A stretch of DNA of 64,000 nucleotides from Neocallimastix sp. 'constans' (taxonomy: Eukaryota). Made by a program: the position numbers and the translations under genes. Below are positions 53,364 to 64,000 of this stretch, piece after piece; positions within the stretch are counted from its first letter, which is position 1; each line of letters starts with the position of its first letter. Under the pieces are notes generated by a model. That model worked only from the letters and a program-made list of their open reading frames with translations. It ran no database searches and had not been told where the DNA came from. The stretch covers positions 1,302,001-1,366,000 of the forward strand of contig JBODTK010000001.1 in the NCBI GenBank assembly GCA_050613775.1, given 5' to 3'.

Positions 53364-56300
53364 TTATTCTTGTAATTTTGAAAATCTACAATTACTGTGA
53401 TATAATCCTTCGGAATATTCTTTAGGATTATTTTCATTAAATTCCTCTTCATTTAAATTTTTGTTTATATATTTTAACATTTCTTTATCTATGAAACCGA
53501 ATATTTTGGCTCCTGTATCGGTTGTTCTTGCAAAAAGCCCCAATGCATTAAAAAGTGTTCCAGCTAAAACAGCAGCTACTTTTTTTTTATTATATATACC
53601 AAAAATATTTTTAAAATTTTTGGCTTTGTGTGGTAGTTTTTTCCCTAAGTGTTCAGCTTTTTCTTCTATCTTTTTTGCTATATCGTTATATCTTTTACTT
53701 AAAGCATATCCATATGCTGTCATTTTCTCATTATCTTGGACTTCTAAATCAATATTCACGTTATTTAATAATTCATCGACTTCTTTTTTATTTCCTTTCA
53801 TAATATGGTACATTAATTGTGTGAGCTTCAGATCTCTATAGTGACTATCACATATTAACTTATTTATGGTGGAAGGAGTTAAATCGAGGACGCCCTTTTC
53901 CATTAAAATATAGGCTATGGAATCTTTTTCATCTTTTTCCCATTCCTCATTAGTACCTTTTCTTTTTAAAGCATAGTGTAACATTGACTTACTTCTTACT
54001 TCATGTTTATATATATTACTTTTTTCAATTATAAGCTGCACAATTTTTTTACTGGCATACCTAATTGCTATGTACAGCGGTGTTTCTCCATATTTATTTC
54101 TAATATCTATTTTAACTTCGTTTTTTCGTAATATCATTTTTACTTTCTCAAAATCATTACAACGAATGACATAAAATATTATAGTATTTCCCAATTTATC
54201 GGGTTCATTTATTTCTTTTGATGAAATACTTTTTATTTCTTTTTTGAAACTATTAATATCAGAATTGATTAGTTTAGATAGAGATGTTGCCTTATCAATA
54301 ATTTGATTTATGGAAACGATTTTTGACGAATTCATATAATTCAATTTTTGTAATTTTGCACCTCTCATAATTAAATAGGTAATGATTTCTTCGTTTTTAT
54401 AATATTTATTTAAAATACTGTTAATAATATTTAAATTTTCATCATTTTCATTAAATATATCTTTTCCCTTTTTATCAATAACTGCTTTTGCTAAGTATAG
54501 GTCATTAGTTTCTATAGCTTTAAGCAATAATCCACTAATAATTGCCTTATTTTCAATGTCAAGATCTAATACCATTTTAACCATACTTATGTTTGATTGC
54601 TTGGCTGCTTTTTTTGTTTCCTCTTCTAATATGTTATTTTCAATATAATAATCTAATATTAATTTTCTTATTTCTTTAGTGGCTGTTTTCCATAGCAATT
54701 TATCATTAAATTCTATGCCTTGTTTTAAAAGACCTTTCAATATATTTTTGGCACTATAATAAATTACTTTATATTTTATATTATTTATATTTTTTTCAAT
54801 CTGTATGTCTTCTGCTAATTTCGCAAATAGAAAAAAGTTATCTTTAATAATGATTAATTCATACAATTGGTATTTATTATTAGAATCTTCATCATCAACG
54901 GGTATATCAAAAATTTCCATTAAATTTTTTATATTTTTTTTGTTCTGTTTAATCTTCAATAGTAGGTCTAAAGAAAAGGTATTAAATTTATCATCATAGT
55001 ATGTACCCCATTTTAATTCTTGTACTACATCCTCCCTGTTACATTTATATATTTTTTCAAGCAGTTTATCCTTTAATTTTTGATTATTCTCTATTTCCCC
55101 TTGGTATACTAACTTTTTAATGTATTCTTTATTCACGTTATTTTCCAATGCTAATTCTATCGGCGTGGGTCCCTCAAAAGTTTTTAAGGGACTCGTCACT
55201 AAATTTTTTATGATACCTTTACTACTGGAGTCTCTTGATTCCCTAGCAGATAAAGCATTTAATACTATATCTATAGCTTTTTCAGGATTATAAATATTTT
55301 GACAGGCTGTATGAAGTATATTCCTTCGACATTCCCTATAATTTTCAGATTCATCGATTTTTGATATTAACTGTTGGATTGTATTAGAAATGGTATTTCC
55401 CTCTTTGTTGGGTTTATCTTCTAGTTTTTTTAAAAGTAAATAGTCCACCGGTCGCAATCCATTATCATCCGTATCATCATTAATGCTTTTTATATTATAA
55501 CTCATTAAAATTTCAATAACATTTAATGCTTCATATTGAGCTGCATAATGAAAAGGTGTTTTCTGATTTATATCTTTTTCATTAATTAAATCTTTATTGC
55601 TATGTAGTAATAAGTTTATGATATTTATATTTCCAATTAAGACTGCATAATGTAAGGGTGAGGCTCCTAAATTATCACTAAGTCTTAATATTTTCTCATT
55701 TTTCTCAATCATGTTTTTAATTTTTTCATATTCATATTGAGAAATAATGGCATAAATGAGAGCCGATCTTCCCTTACTATCTTTTATGCAGAGGTCGATT
55801 TCATTCTGATTCAGTAAATATTCTACAATATCCCATTTTTCTAAAGCAATGGCAATATGTAAGAGGTTCTGTTTCTTTGAAATCGAATTGTCATTTATTA
55901 TATCACAAAATGTAATATTTCTTTCATTTTCATCTTGTCTTAAATCTACTATTTCTTCAATTATTTTTTTTAAATACTTTGAATTAATGTTATCATTAAG
56001 TAGAGAATATTGCAAATGAACGATATTTTCTCTATTGGTAAACTTATTTTTCTTTAAATTCATATTTCGCCTGTATAACAGCTTAACAGCATCCATCTTA
56101 TTTATGGCAATGGCAAAATCCAATGCAGTTAAGTTATTGTCATCTATAATATCCATTATTGCATAATTATCAATTTTACTTATTATTTTTTCAAGAATGA
56201 TTAAAGCGTCATCGGTTTGTTTTATTTTTCCAATTATGTAATGAAGTGGAGTACTATGATTCCATTGATTGATAACATATTTTTCATTATTAATGATAAA

Positions 56301-59300
56301 TTTATTTTTTTCAATCATATCTTCAACTTTTTCTAAATCTTCATTATTTTTTAACATTAAAATCATTTTTGATAATAAATTTATACCTCTATCATATTGC
56401 CATTCCAATACTTCATTACATTTTTCTACAATCTTTATGGAGTTATCAAAATCACCCTCATTAATATATTGCCATGATAAATTAATATATTTAATGAGAT
56501 CAGTTTTAGGAGTTGTATTCGCTTTTTTAGCATCTGAATTTATGAATTTTATCATCTCATTGTTAGTTTGGTTAATTGTAAGAGTCAATATTGGTAATTT
56601 TAAATGATTAATATCTTTAATATTTGAAGTTAATTCATATTGTAAATCTTTAATAATATTATTTTTTGTTTCTAATGAGGAAACGCTATTTTGGGAAGAA
56701 TTATTATTTTCATTATTCTCCTCTTCATCCACGATTGTAGAATTATTTTCATATTTATCTTTATTTAGGTAATATATTAAATTTGGATCTCCGGTTTCCA
56801 ATATTATTTCTGATATTTTTTTTCCACTTTTTGTTGGAGCGTCTAAAAACGCTTTCAGTTCAATTAATTTTATCACGAGCTCCTTATTTTTATTTTCGAG
56901 AGCTTGCTCTAATGGTAATTTTCCATTTGACATATATTCATCTAAGTCTACCCCATTTTTCACTAATAATTCAATAAGAGGAATATTATTTTGTTCTATT
57001 AATGTTTCTAACATAGTAGATTTGTTTTCTAATTCCATATTAATTTGATATGGATATTCTTTAATGAAACGTATATAATCATCAAAAATTATTTCATTTA
57101 ATGATTTTAGATTATGGTTAGAGAGGGCAATTTTTATTAAAATTCTTATATTCTCTTTTAATATATTAAATTTTTGATTACTATCCTCAAAAAGAAATTT
57201 TTCAATTATAATATTTTCATCATTGGCCTTTTGTCTATCAATATTAGATTCAATTTTTTTTCGATTTTCATTGAATAATTTATTAAAGTATTCCTGCCTT
57301 TCTTTTCTTAATATTTTATTTTCATCATGCCAAATATGCTGATCAAAGATATAATAGATTTCATTTTCATTTCTGCTTGTTCTTTTCAAGTATTTTAATA
57401 GTCCATCAAAATATGTTTTTAAGTAATCCCGTTTATTCTTCCTTATTCCAATTTCTACTAATCCCCGACATATTCTCAAACCAACAGAACTATCGACTTT
57501 ATACGATTTTAATGCCTTTTCCAAATTTTTATAAATTTTATCTAAATTTTCTTCATTTATAATATCTAATGGCGTTTGACCATTATCATCTATAAGTGTT
57601 AAATTTGATCCCATTTTTATTAATGAAACTATGACTTCAATATAATCATTTTTTATTGTGTTTGATGCTTCATTATGCAGGAGTGTTAGGTTATTTTTAT
57701 ATCTTTTATTTATATTTTCATGAAAGTTCTCATAAATACCTCCGAACCATCCATACCTATTATAACATATTTCTTTCATTTTTGGTATGAATTCCTCCAA
57801 CTCATCCACTTTTTCTTTTTCCAGAAATATTTTATACATAGAATGGTATATTGGATCATTTACTATTTCGGATACATTATTTACTTCTTTTAATTTACAA
57901 TGAGAAATAATTTCTTCAATTTTTTCATAAGAATATTTAATAAATTTTGCAAGTCTAATTGTACTCAATATCTGGAATGTACAATTTAAACTTTTACTTA
58001 GTTGCTGTATTGAATTTTGTTCTTCCATAATGGAAGGACTTTGCAAAAATTCGATATTTTCTGGTTTTTCAAAAACATCTTTTAAGGTATTTTGCAAATC
58101 ATCATCATTAAATAAATCATTATTACTACAATTCTCCTTCTCCGTCTTTTGTATAGGATTAATTTGAAATTTAAAGTTATTTTGCACATCATCTTCTTTT
58201 TTCAACAGAGCATGAGATGAGATAGCTTCATTTAATTCTGATAAAAATGCTGAATTAGGGCTATTGATAGTACTATATCTAGAATTTCTATTATTTTCAA
58301 TAGTACTAAGATGACTTGACTTATTGTAAATTTCATTTGGAGAATTAATCATATTATTGCTATCTTTAATATAATAGGACTTGAAACGGTTGGTAACATC
58401 CCTTGGTTTATCGTTGATTACTTCACAATTTATATTATTCATATAAGGTAAAATTTCCTTTCTCTTACTATGATATTTTGGTGATAGGTTTTTTGAATTT
58501 TCATTATTATCAATATTGTTATTTATATAATTATTAGTATTACTATCAGTTTTTAGCTCATTGTTACTTTCATTATTTACAAAAGAATCTGATGTATTAT
58601 TATCTTTTTTATTATAAGAAGATGTGAAATCAGTATTATTAATTGTAAGGATGTAATCTACTTCTGGGTTATCCATGAATAAGGTACTATTTCTTTTATT
58701 CATAAAAGATACAATTTCCTTTCTTTTATCATTATTTTTCGTCTTATTTTCATCTGATAAAATTTCATTACTAACTATAATATTTATTTCATAATTTTCA
58801 TTGCTACTTTTAATATTTAACTCATTTTTACCTTTATTATTTTTAGATGATTCTAATGTACTATTATCTTCTTTATTATAATAGGATGTGAAATCATTAA
58901 TATTAAATGAGTTATCCAAGAACATAGTACTCTGTCTTTTATTTATGCTTGATACATCTCTATTTCTCTTATTATAATTAATTGTTAACTTTTCATTATT
59001 ATCTATATTATTAATTTCATAATCTTCAATGTTGCTATTATTTTTTAACTCATTATTTCCTTCATTATTTTTAGATGATTCTAATGTACTATTATCTTCT
59101 TTATTATAATAGGATGTGAAATCATTAATATTAAATGAGTTATCCAAGAACATAGTACTATGTCTTTTATTTATGCTTGATACATCTCTATTTCTCTTAT
59201 TATAATTTATTGTTAACTTTTCATTATTATCTATATTATTAGTTTTTCGACTTTCCGCATTACTAAGTGGACCCGGTTTATTATAACCTTCCTTATCATA

Positions 59301-59441
59301 ATAAGATGTGGAATAGTTGATATTATTATCATTTTTTGAAATGTATATTGTTTTATTTTTATCCATATCATTTTTTATTTTTTTAGGCTCAAAACCTATC
59401 TGTTGAATATCATCTTTGATTGACTCTTTATTATTATCCAT
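53364..59441 (-). CDS. Large intronless ankyrin-repeat protein (2025 aa) with an Asn-rich repetitive N-terminus
   Basis: 6-kb uninterrupted ORF in very AT-rich DNA. Ankyrin motifs include NGQTPLD, NGKLPLEQA, STPLHY, LTALDFA, GRSALIYA, GASPLHYA, KTPFHYAA, GETPLYIA and MTAYGYA. Confidence 0.92.
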   Translation of the reverse strand: MDNNKESIKDDIQQIGFEPKKIKNDMDKNKTIYISKNDNNINYSTSYYDKEGYNKPGPLSNAESRKTNNIDNNEKLTINYNKRNRDVSSINKRHSTMFLDNSFNINDFTSYYNKEDNSTLESSKNNEGNNELKNNSNIEDYEINNIDNNEKLTINYNKRNRDVSSINKRQSTMFLDNSFNINDFTSYYNKEDNSTLESSKNNKGKNELNIKSSNENYEINIIVSNEILSDENKTKNNDKRKEIVSFMNKRNSTLFMDNPEVDYILTINNTDFTSSYNKKDNNTSDSFVNNESNNELKTDSNTNNYINNNIDNNENSKNLSPKYHSKRKEILPYMNNINCEVINDKPRDVTNRFKSYYIKDSNNMINSPNEIYNKSSHLSTIENNRNSRYSTINSPNSAFLSELNEAISSHALLKKEDDVQNNFKFQINPIQKTEKENCSNNDLFNDDDLQNTLKDVFEKPENIEFLQSPSIMEEQNSIQQLSKSLNCTFQILSTIRLAKFIKYSYEKIEEIISHCKLKEVNNVSEIVNDPIYHSMYKIFLEKEKVDELEEFIPKMKEICYNRYGWFGGIYENFHENINKRYKNNLTLLHNEASNTIKNDYIEVIVSLIKMGSNLTLIDDNGQTPLDIINEENLDKIYKNLEKALKSYKVDSSVGLRICRGLVEIGIRKNKRDYLKTYFDGLLKYLKRTSRNENEIYYIFDQHIWHDENKILRKERQEYFNKLFNENRKKIESNIDRQKANDENIIIEKFLFEDSNQKFNILKENIRILIKIALSNHNLKSLNEIIFDDYIRFIKEYPYQINMELENKSTMLETLIEQNNIPLIELLVKNGVDLDEYMSNGKLPLEQALENKNKELVIKLIELKAFLDAPTKSGKKISEIILETGDPNLIYYLNKDKYENNSTIVDEEENNENNNSSQNSVSSLETKNNIIKDLQYELTSNIKDINHLKLPILTLTINQTNNEMIKFINSDAKKANTTPKTDLIKYINLSWQYINEGDFDNSIKIVEKCNEVLEWQYDRGINLLSKMILMLKNNEDLEKVEDMIEKNKFIINNEKYVINQWNHSTPLHYIIGKIKQTDDALIILEKIISKIDNYAIMDIIDDNNLTALDFAIAINKMDAVKLLYRRNMNLKKNKFTNRENIVHLQYSLLNDNINSKYLKKIIEEIVDLRQDENERNITFCDIINDNSISKKQNLLHIAIALEKWDIVEYLLNQNEIDLCIKDSKGRSALIYAIISQYEYEKIKNMIEKNEKILRLSDNLGASPLHYAVLIGNINIINLLLHSNKDLINEKDINQKTPFHYAAQYEALNVIEILMSYNIKSINDDTDDNGLRPVDYLLLKKLEDKPNKEGNTISNTIQQLISKIDESENYRECRRNILHTACQNIYNPEKAIDIVLNALSARESRDSSSKGIIKNLVTSPLKTFEGPTPIELALENNVNKEYIKKLVYQGEIENNQKLKDKLLEKIYKCNREDVVQELKWGTYYDDKFNTFSLDLLLKIKQNKKNIKNLMEIFDIPVDDEDSNNKYQLYELIIIKDNFFLFAKLAEDIQIEKNINNIKYKVIYYSAKNILKGLLKQGIEFNDKLLWKTATKEIRKLILDYYIENNILEEETKKAAKQSNISMVKMVLDLDIENKAIISGLLLKAIETNDLYLAKAVIDKKGKDIFNENDENLNIINSILNKYYKNEEIITYLIMRGAKLQKLNYMNSSKIVSINQIIDKATSLSKLINSDINSFKKEIKSISSKEINEPDKLGNTIIFYVIRCNDFEKVKMILRKNEVKIDIRNKYGETPLYIAIRYASKKIVQLIIEKSNIYKHEVRSKSMLHYALKRKGTNEEWEKDEKDSIAYILMEKGVLDLTPSTINKLICDSHYRDLKLTQLMYHIMKGNKKEVDELLNNVNIDLEVQDNEKMTAYGYALSKRYNDIAKKIEEKAEHLGKKLPHKAKNFKNIFGIYNKKKVAAVLAGTLFNALGLFARTTDTGAKIFGFIDKEMLKYINKNLNEEEFNENNPKEYSEGLYHSNCRFSKLQE

Positions 59442-60214
59442 GATATTAAATCTATTTATATATATATTTTATATATATATATATTTAAATTATAACCTTT
59501 TTTTATTTATTCTATTTCAATAAAACAAACAAAAAAAAAAGAAAAGAAAAATACATTTTACATTAAAATTTTCTTATAAAAAAGCTAACCCTAATAAAAT
59601 TAATTATTTAAATACAACATTTAGCATTATTTATAATATATTTATTTTATATTTATATTTATCTATTTATTATTATTACTATTATTATTGTTTTTGTTAA
59701 CTTTATACTTTTTAAAAAATTTTTAGAATATATAATAAAAATTATAATAATTAAAATAATATTTTCAATAATTTTGAATATTATTATTATTATTATTTTA
59801 ATAAACCTAATTTATACCAAATAATTTATACCAAATAAATTAAATATAAGAAAAAAAAAAAGATATTCTATAATAATAAATTTTAAAATTTATTTTTATT
59901 TATAATTTTAAATTATATAAAATCAGTTTTTATTAATTGTATTAATAAATATCCATTTCTTAATTTTTTTTTTTTTTTACTTTAATAATAGATAAAAAAT
60001 TGATTTATTACTAATTATAAATAAATATATAAATATATATATATATTATTTTAATTAATTCTCAAGTACTAATTTTTTATTAAAAATAATATATTTTAAT
60101 ATTTATTTTAATTATAGTTAGTGTTAATTATAATTTTTAAATATATATATATATATAATATTATTATTATAATAATAAGAATTATTACAATTTATAATTA
60201 AATAATATTATTTG

Positions 60215-61570
60215 AAGGTCAAGATGGGTTTAATTCAGGAAAGCAAAATCTTTAATTGGATTTATGAATTATAACCAAGTGCAGGGTATCAGAAGTTGTC
60301 TTGAATAAATATTTGATCTACTAAAAATATTACCAAAATAACGAAATTTAAATCAATGGTTATATTTTTAATACAACATGAAATATATTCAATTTCCTAA
60401 TATATAGGGTTTTTAATTTATGATTACCAATAATACACCTCAATTCCTTCTAATTTAGTAATAGGGTAGTTACGTTATGATTTATTAAAGAGTGACGGAT
60501 ATAGAAAATTGGGTGTTCTACTTTCTCTTCTAGGAGTTGTAATAATACACCATCAATACCTTAATAACTTTTATTCTTACGAATGATAAAAGGTTTGTCA
60601 TACCGTGGATAACGCAGAGTTGGAGCATTACACAAGTACATCCTATAAATTGTTAAGGCTATCGGTTTGCTTATTAGTCCAGTAAAAAAGAGCCTGTTTT
60701 TTTTTCAAAAATTTCATCAAAAGGGACAGTAATTGATGCATGATATTCAGTAAAATTTCTATAATATCCTTTCATACCTAAAAAGAAACATAGTTCTGAA
60801 ATGTTTGTAGGATTACCCATTTTTTTCTTTTTTTTGACTACATCAATTTTCTTTTCAAGTAGTAACAATCCTTTGTTAGAAATATTTTGTGTCCTAATAC
60901 TTCTACTTCATGGACACAAAGATGTCATTTTTTTTCAATATTCATCTTTAATTTATGCTTTCGAAGATTTTTTTAAAAACGTTAGATAAATCTATGCTAA
61001 ATGTTACTCAATTGATGGTGAGATGGTGAGTATATACAGTAATATCAACTAAATAGATTTTAACACGTTTATTAATTAAATCAAAGAATATGCAATTCAT
61101 TTCATGTTGAAATATCGTATGAGCATTCGTTAGACCAAATAGCATTACCTTAAAATAATAGTTTCCAAACTTGGAGATAAAAAAAGTAATTTCCTGATCA
61201 TCCACAAACGAAGGTATCTGATGATATCCACAGAAAAAGATCAATTATAGAAAAAATATATAAATGCAATTTATTTTAAGACATCAATAATTTCCTGAAT
61301 AATAGGAATGGCATATGCGTCCTTTTTGGTTATTTTATTTACTAGTCTATAATCCATACAGAGTCTCTAATTAACCATTTTTCTTTGGTTACCAAGACGA
61401 CAGGAAAACTCCACAGAGAATGAGAAGGTACAATTAATCTTTTCTCCATCAACTTTTTTTAATGCTTCTTTTAAGGCAATTAGTTGTATTTAAGAAATCC
61501 CGATATACTTTTTTATCTAATAGGCTTACTTCCCTCTCGTAATTCAATGTGATGATGGTAATAGTTTAAG
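60215..61570 (-). mobile_element. Degenerate Ty3/Gypsy pol remnant (RT + RNase H)
   Basis: LIVPSHSLWSFPVVLV, LCMDY, KDAYAIPIIQEI, GYHQI, YYFKVMLFGLTNA, IYLVDITVY (decayed YxDD), FLGMKGYYRNF, LCNAPTLRYP, EHPIFYIS and RNYPITKLEG. Confidence 0.88.
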
Positions 61571-61574
61571 GCAT

Positions 61575-62410
61575 TTAATGATATCGAAGGCCCTCTCATT
61601 TTAACTGGTTCTATTAAATACATGACGAAAGAGATCCTTCATTTTACTTTCAGTTGGTGCAATTGCAATTAGAACAATGTTGTTTGCAAAGAGATCACCA
61701 TAACATTTTTTTTTATTTCCAATATTCACCCCATATTTATCACAGTAATTTAAAAATTCACTGATAAACAAGCTAAATAATATAGGAGATTATGGACAAC
61801 CTTGTTTTGTTCCTGGATTAATAGGGAATTCATCATATTGCATATTTAGGTTTATGAGTTCTTGCTTTGGAAGTACGATAAAGTTTTGAAATAAAACTGA
61901 AAACATTTATCATGTATGCAAAGATGAAATAATTTAGTAAAAATGTTGTGGATGGGAACAGTATCGTAGGCCATTTTAATATCAAGAAAGGCTATATAAG
62001 TAAAATTTTTTCCTTTAAATTTTTCATCTTTGACAAATTTCCCTAATATAGACATAAAAACTAATATATTCTTTATGATTACAAAAAAACCAAATTGTTC
62101 AGATCTAATAAAATTATACGCAAAAAAAAAGCATACTTTGAAATTCTATTAGTAATTATTTTGATTATGATTTTCATACTAGCATAAATTAGAGAAATAC
62201 CTACTATAATAGCTGCAATTGGAAAGATCACCTTTCTTTGGAAAAGACAAAATAGAAGCATAATTCCAGTCATTTGGAAACAATCCTTCATAGATTTTAT
62301 TAAAGATAATTTCAAGACATTTACTTGCATCATGGAATCTTTCTTTCAATTCTTTTCTCTCCTCAAATATCACTTTTACTTCAACCTACTCCATCTGGCT
62401 TAACATTGGT
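61575..62410 (-). mobile_element. Degenerate LINE reverse-transcriptase remnant
   Basis: FPNDWNYASILSFPKKGDLSNCSYY, GISLI, TYIAFLDIKMAYDTVP, KQGCP*SPILFSLFI and LFANNIVL (decayed FADD). Confidence 0.88.
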
Positions 62411-62684
62411 GTAGTACGAGACAATAGAGCTTAATGATGGCTGCAACAATAATTAGACAATATTTTGACAATATTTTATAATAAAATAATAAAATATAAA
62501 TATTTAATAATTAATAAATAATTTTATTCTAATGAAAAGATCACATTTTTATTTTTTTTTTTATGTAAATATTAATTTAAATTTTTAAATTTTAAAACTT
62601 GAAAGAATTAATTAAAAACTGATAATATTTATATTAATGTATAAAATTATACGAATAAAAATAAACAAAAGGTATTAATTATTT

Positions 62685-62734
<50 letters not shown>

Positions 62735-63474
62735 TATAATAGTTAAGTGTTAGTATTAATGAGTAATACAGAAATGATTACCTTTTATAAATTATTAACT
62801 AATAAGGTTACTTAAAAATTGAATTTCAAGCTAGTAATAAATATTAATTAATAAAATAAAATTTATATATCAAATTTAATTAAGTTTCTAAAAAATCCTT
62901 GGACTAATCTAACGTGAAATAGGTAACTAAAAGGAATATTAAATAATAATATTTATGTCACTTTTAGTATAATTTTAGTTTTTTATCTTTCTATATTTGT
63001 AAAAATTATATGAAAACTTTTGTTTAAAATAATATATATTAAACAAATTCCATATTAAATTAATATTTTTTATAATTGGAGCAAAAAACAACTATAGTTA
63101 TTTTTTCTTAAATAAATAAATAAATTAAAAAAAAAATTTACATGTACATGAACATGTCATGTACATATATCAAGTTATCTTTTTTAATATTTATAATGAA
63201 ATAATGAATTGAAAATAACTTTGAACAATTTTTTCTTTTTTTTTTCTTTTATTGTTTAATTATAAATATTTATAAAAGTTTTAATGTCAAATATAAATTA
63301 AATGATTTAGTTTTAAAATTGAAATATAATTACTTCAATATTTAAATAATTATGTATAAATTTGCTTATTTATAAATTTTTTATGTTAAAAGAGATTACT
63401 AATATCAAAATTTAATTAATAAATATAAATAAATTATTATTTCATTTATATTTTTATATTAACTATAAAATTAG

Positions 63475-63508
<34 letters not shown>

Positions 63509-64000
63509 AACAGATACAAATTTTAAAATAAATAATACGTTTTATAATTAATTTATTTATTTATTCATATTAAATCAATTAATTTTAATAAAATATATTA
63601 TTAATTAATAAGGTTTACTTAAAAAATTGAATTTCAAGCAATCAATAAATATTTATTAACAAATAAAATTTTATATTTTATATATATTAAAAAATTAAAC
63701 TTAAACCATCGAGAGATAAGAATGAAGTTAAAAGAGTTTCTTAATATTATAAAATTTAATTTTTATTATTTTTAATGGAATTTTAGCTTATTATCTATTT
63801 AAAATTAATAAAATTAAATGAAAAAATTTTATATAAAATAATATATATATATAAAATTCCATCATAAATTTAAAAAATAATTTTATTATATTTATAAAAT
63901 AAAAAGCATTATGGAAAAATATAATTTTTATCCTAATAAATTATTCAAATATTATTGATTAGGACTATATATTAAAATTTATAAAAATTTATCATATTAA

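Overview
Eukaryotic, extremely AT-rich DNA with long poly-A/T tracts, short GT-AG introns and many microsatellites. The gene content fits an anaerobic gut fungus (Neocallimastigomycota); this taxon call is an inference. Genes I can support: the 3' end of a Ser/Thr-rich GPI-anchored protein; a small ~4-TM protein with a decayed paralog; an intronless bacterial-type pyridoxal kinase; a 5-exon receptor fusing a solute-binding domain to a 7TM GPCR-like domain; a 3-exon ubiquitin-like/hexapeptide-repeat/BAG protein next to an intronless Mx/dynamin-like GTPase; a secreted CBM18 protein with five unusual 6-Cys repeats; an intronless class II xylose isomerase with an N-terminal extension; and a 2025-aa ankyrin-repeat protein. 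Repeats include decayed Copia, Gypsy and LINE elements, three mini Copia-derived LTR elements, two MITEs, hairpin-rich non-coding islands and a perfect 182-copy 9-bp satellite. The best candidate for an undescribed system is the UBL-BAG plus Mx-like GTPase pair, whose block was tandemly duplicated and then collapsed by a microhomology deletion; a functional link is unproven. All alignments and translations outside the ORF track were done by eye, and boundaries of degenerate elements are approximate.
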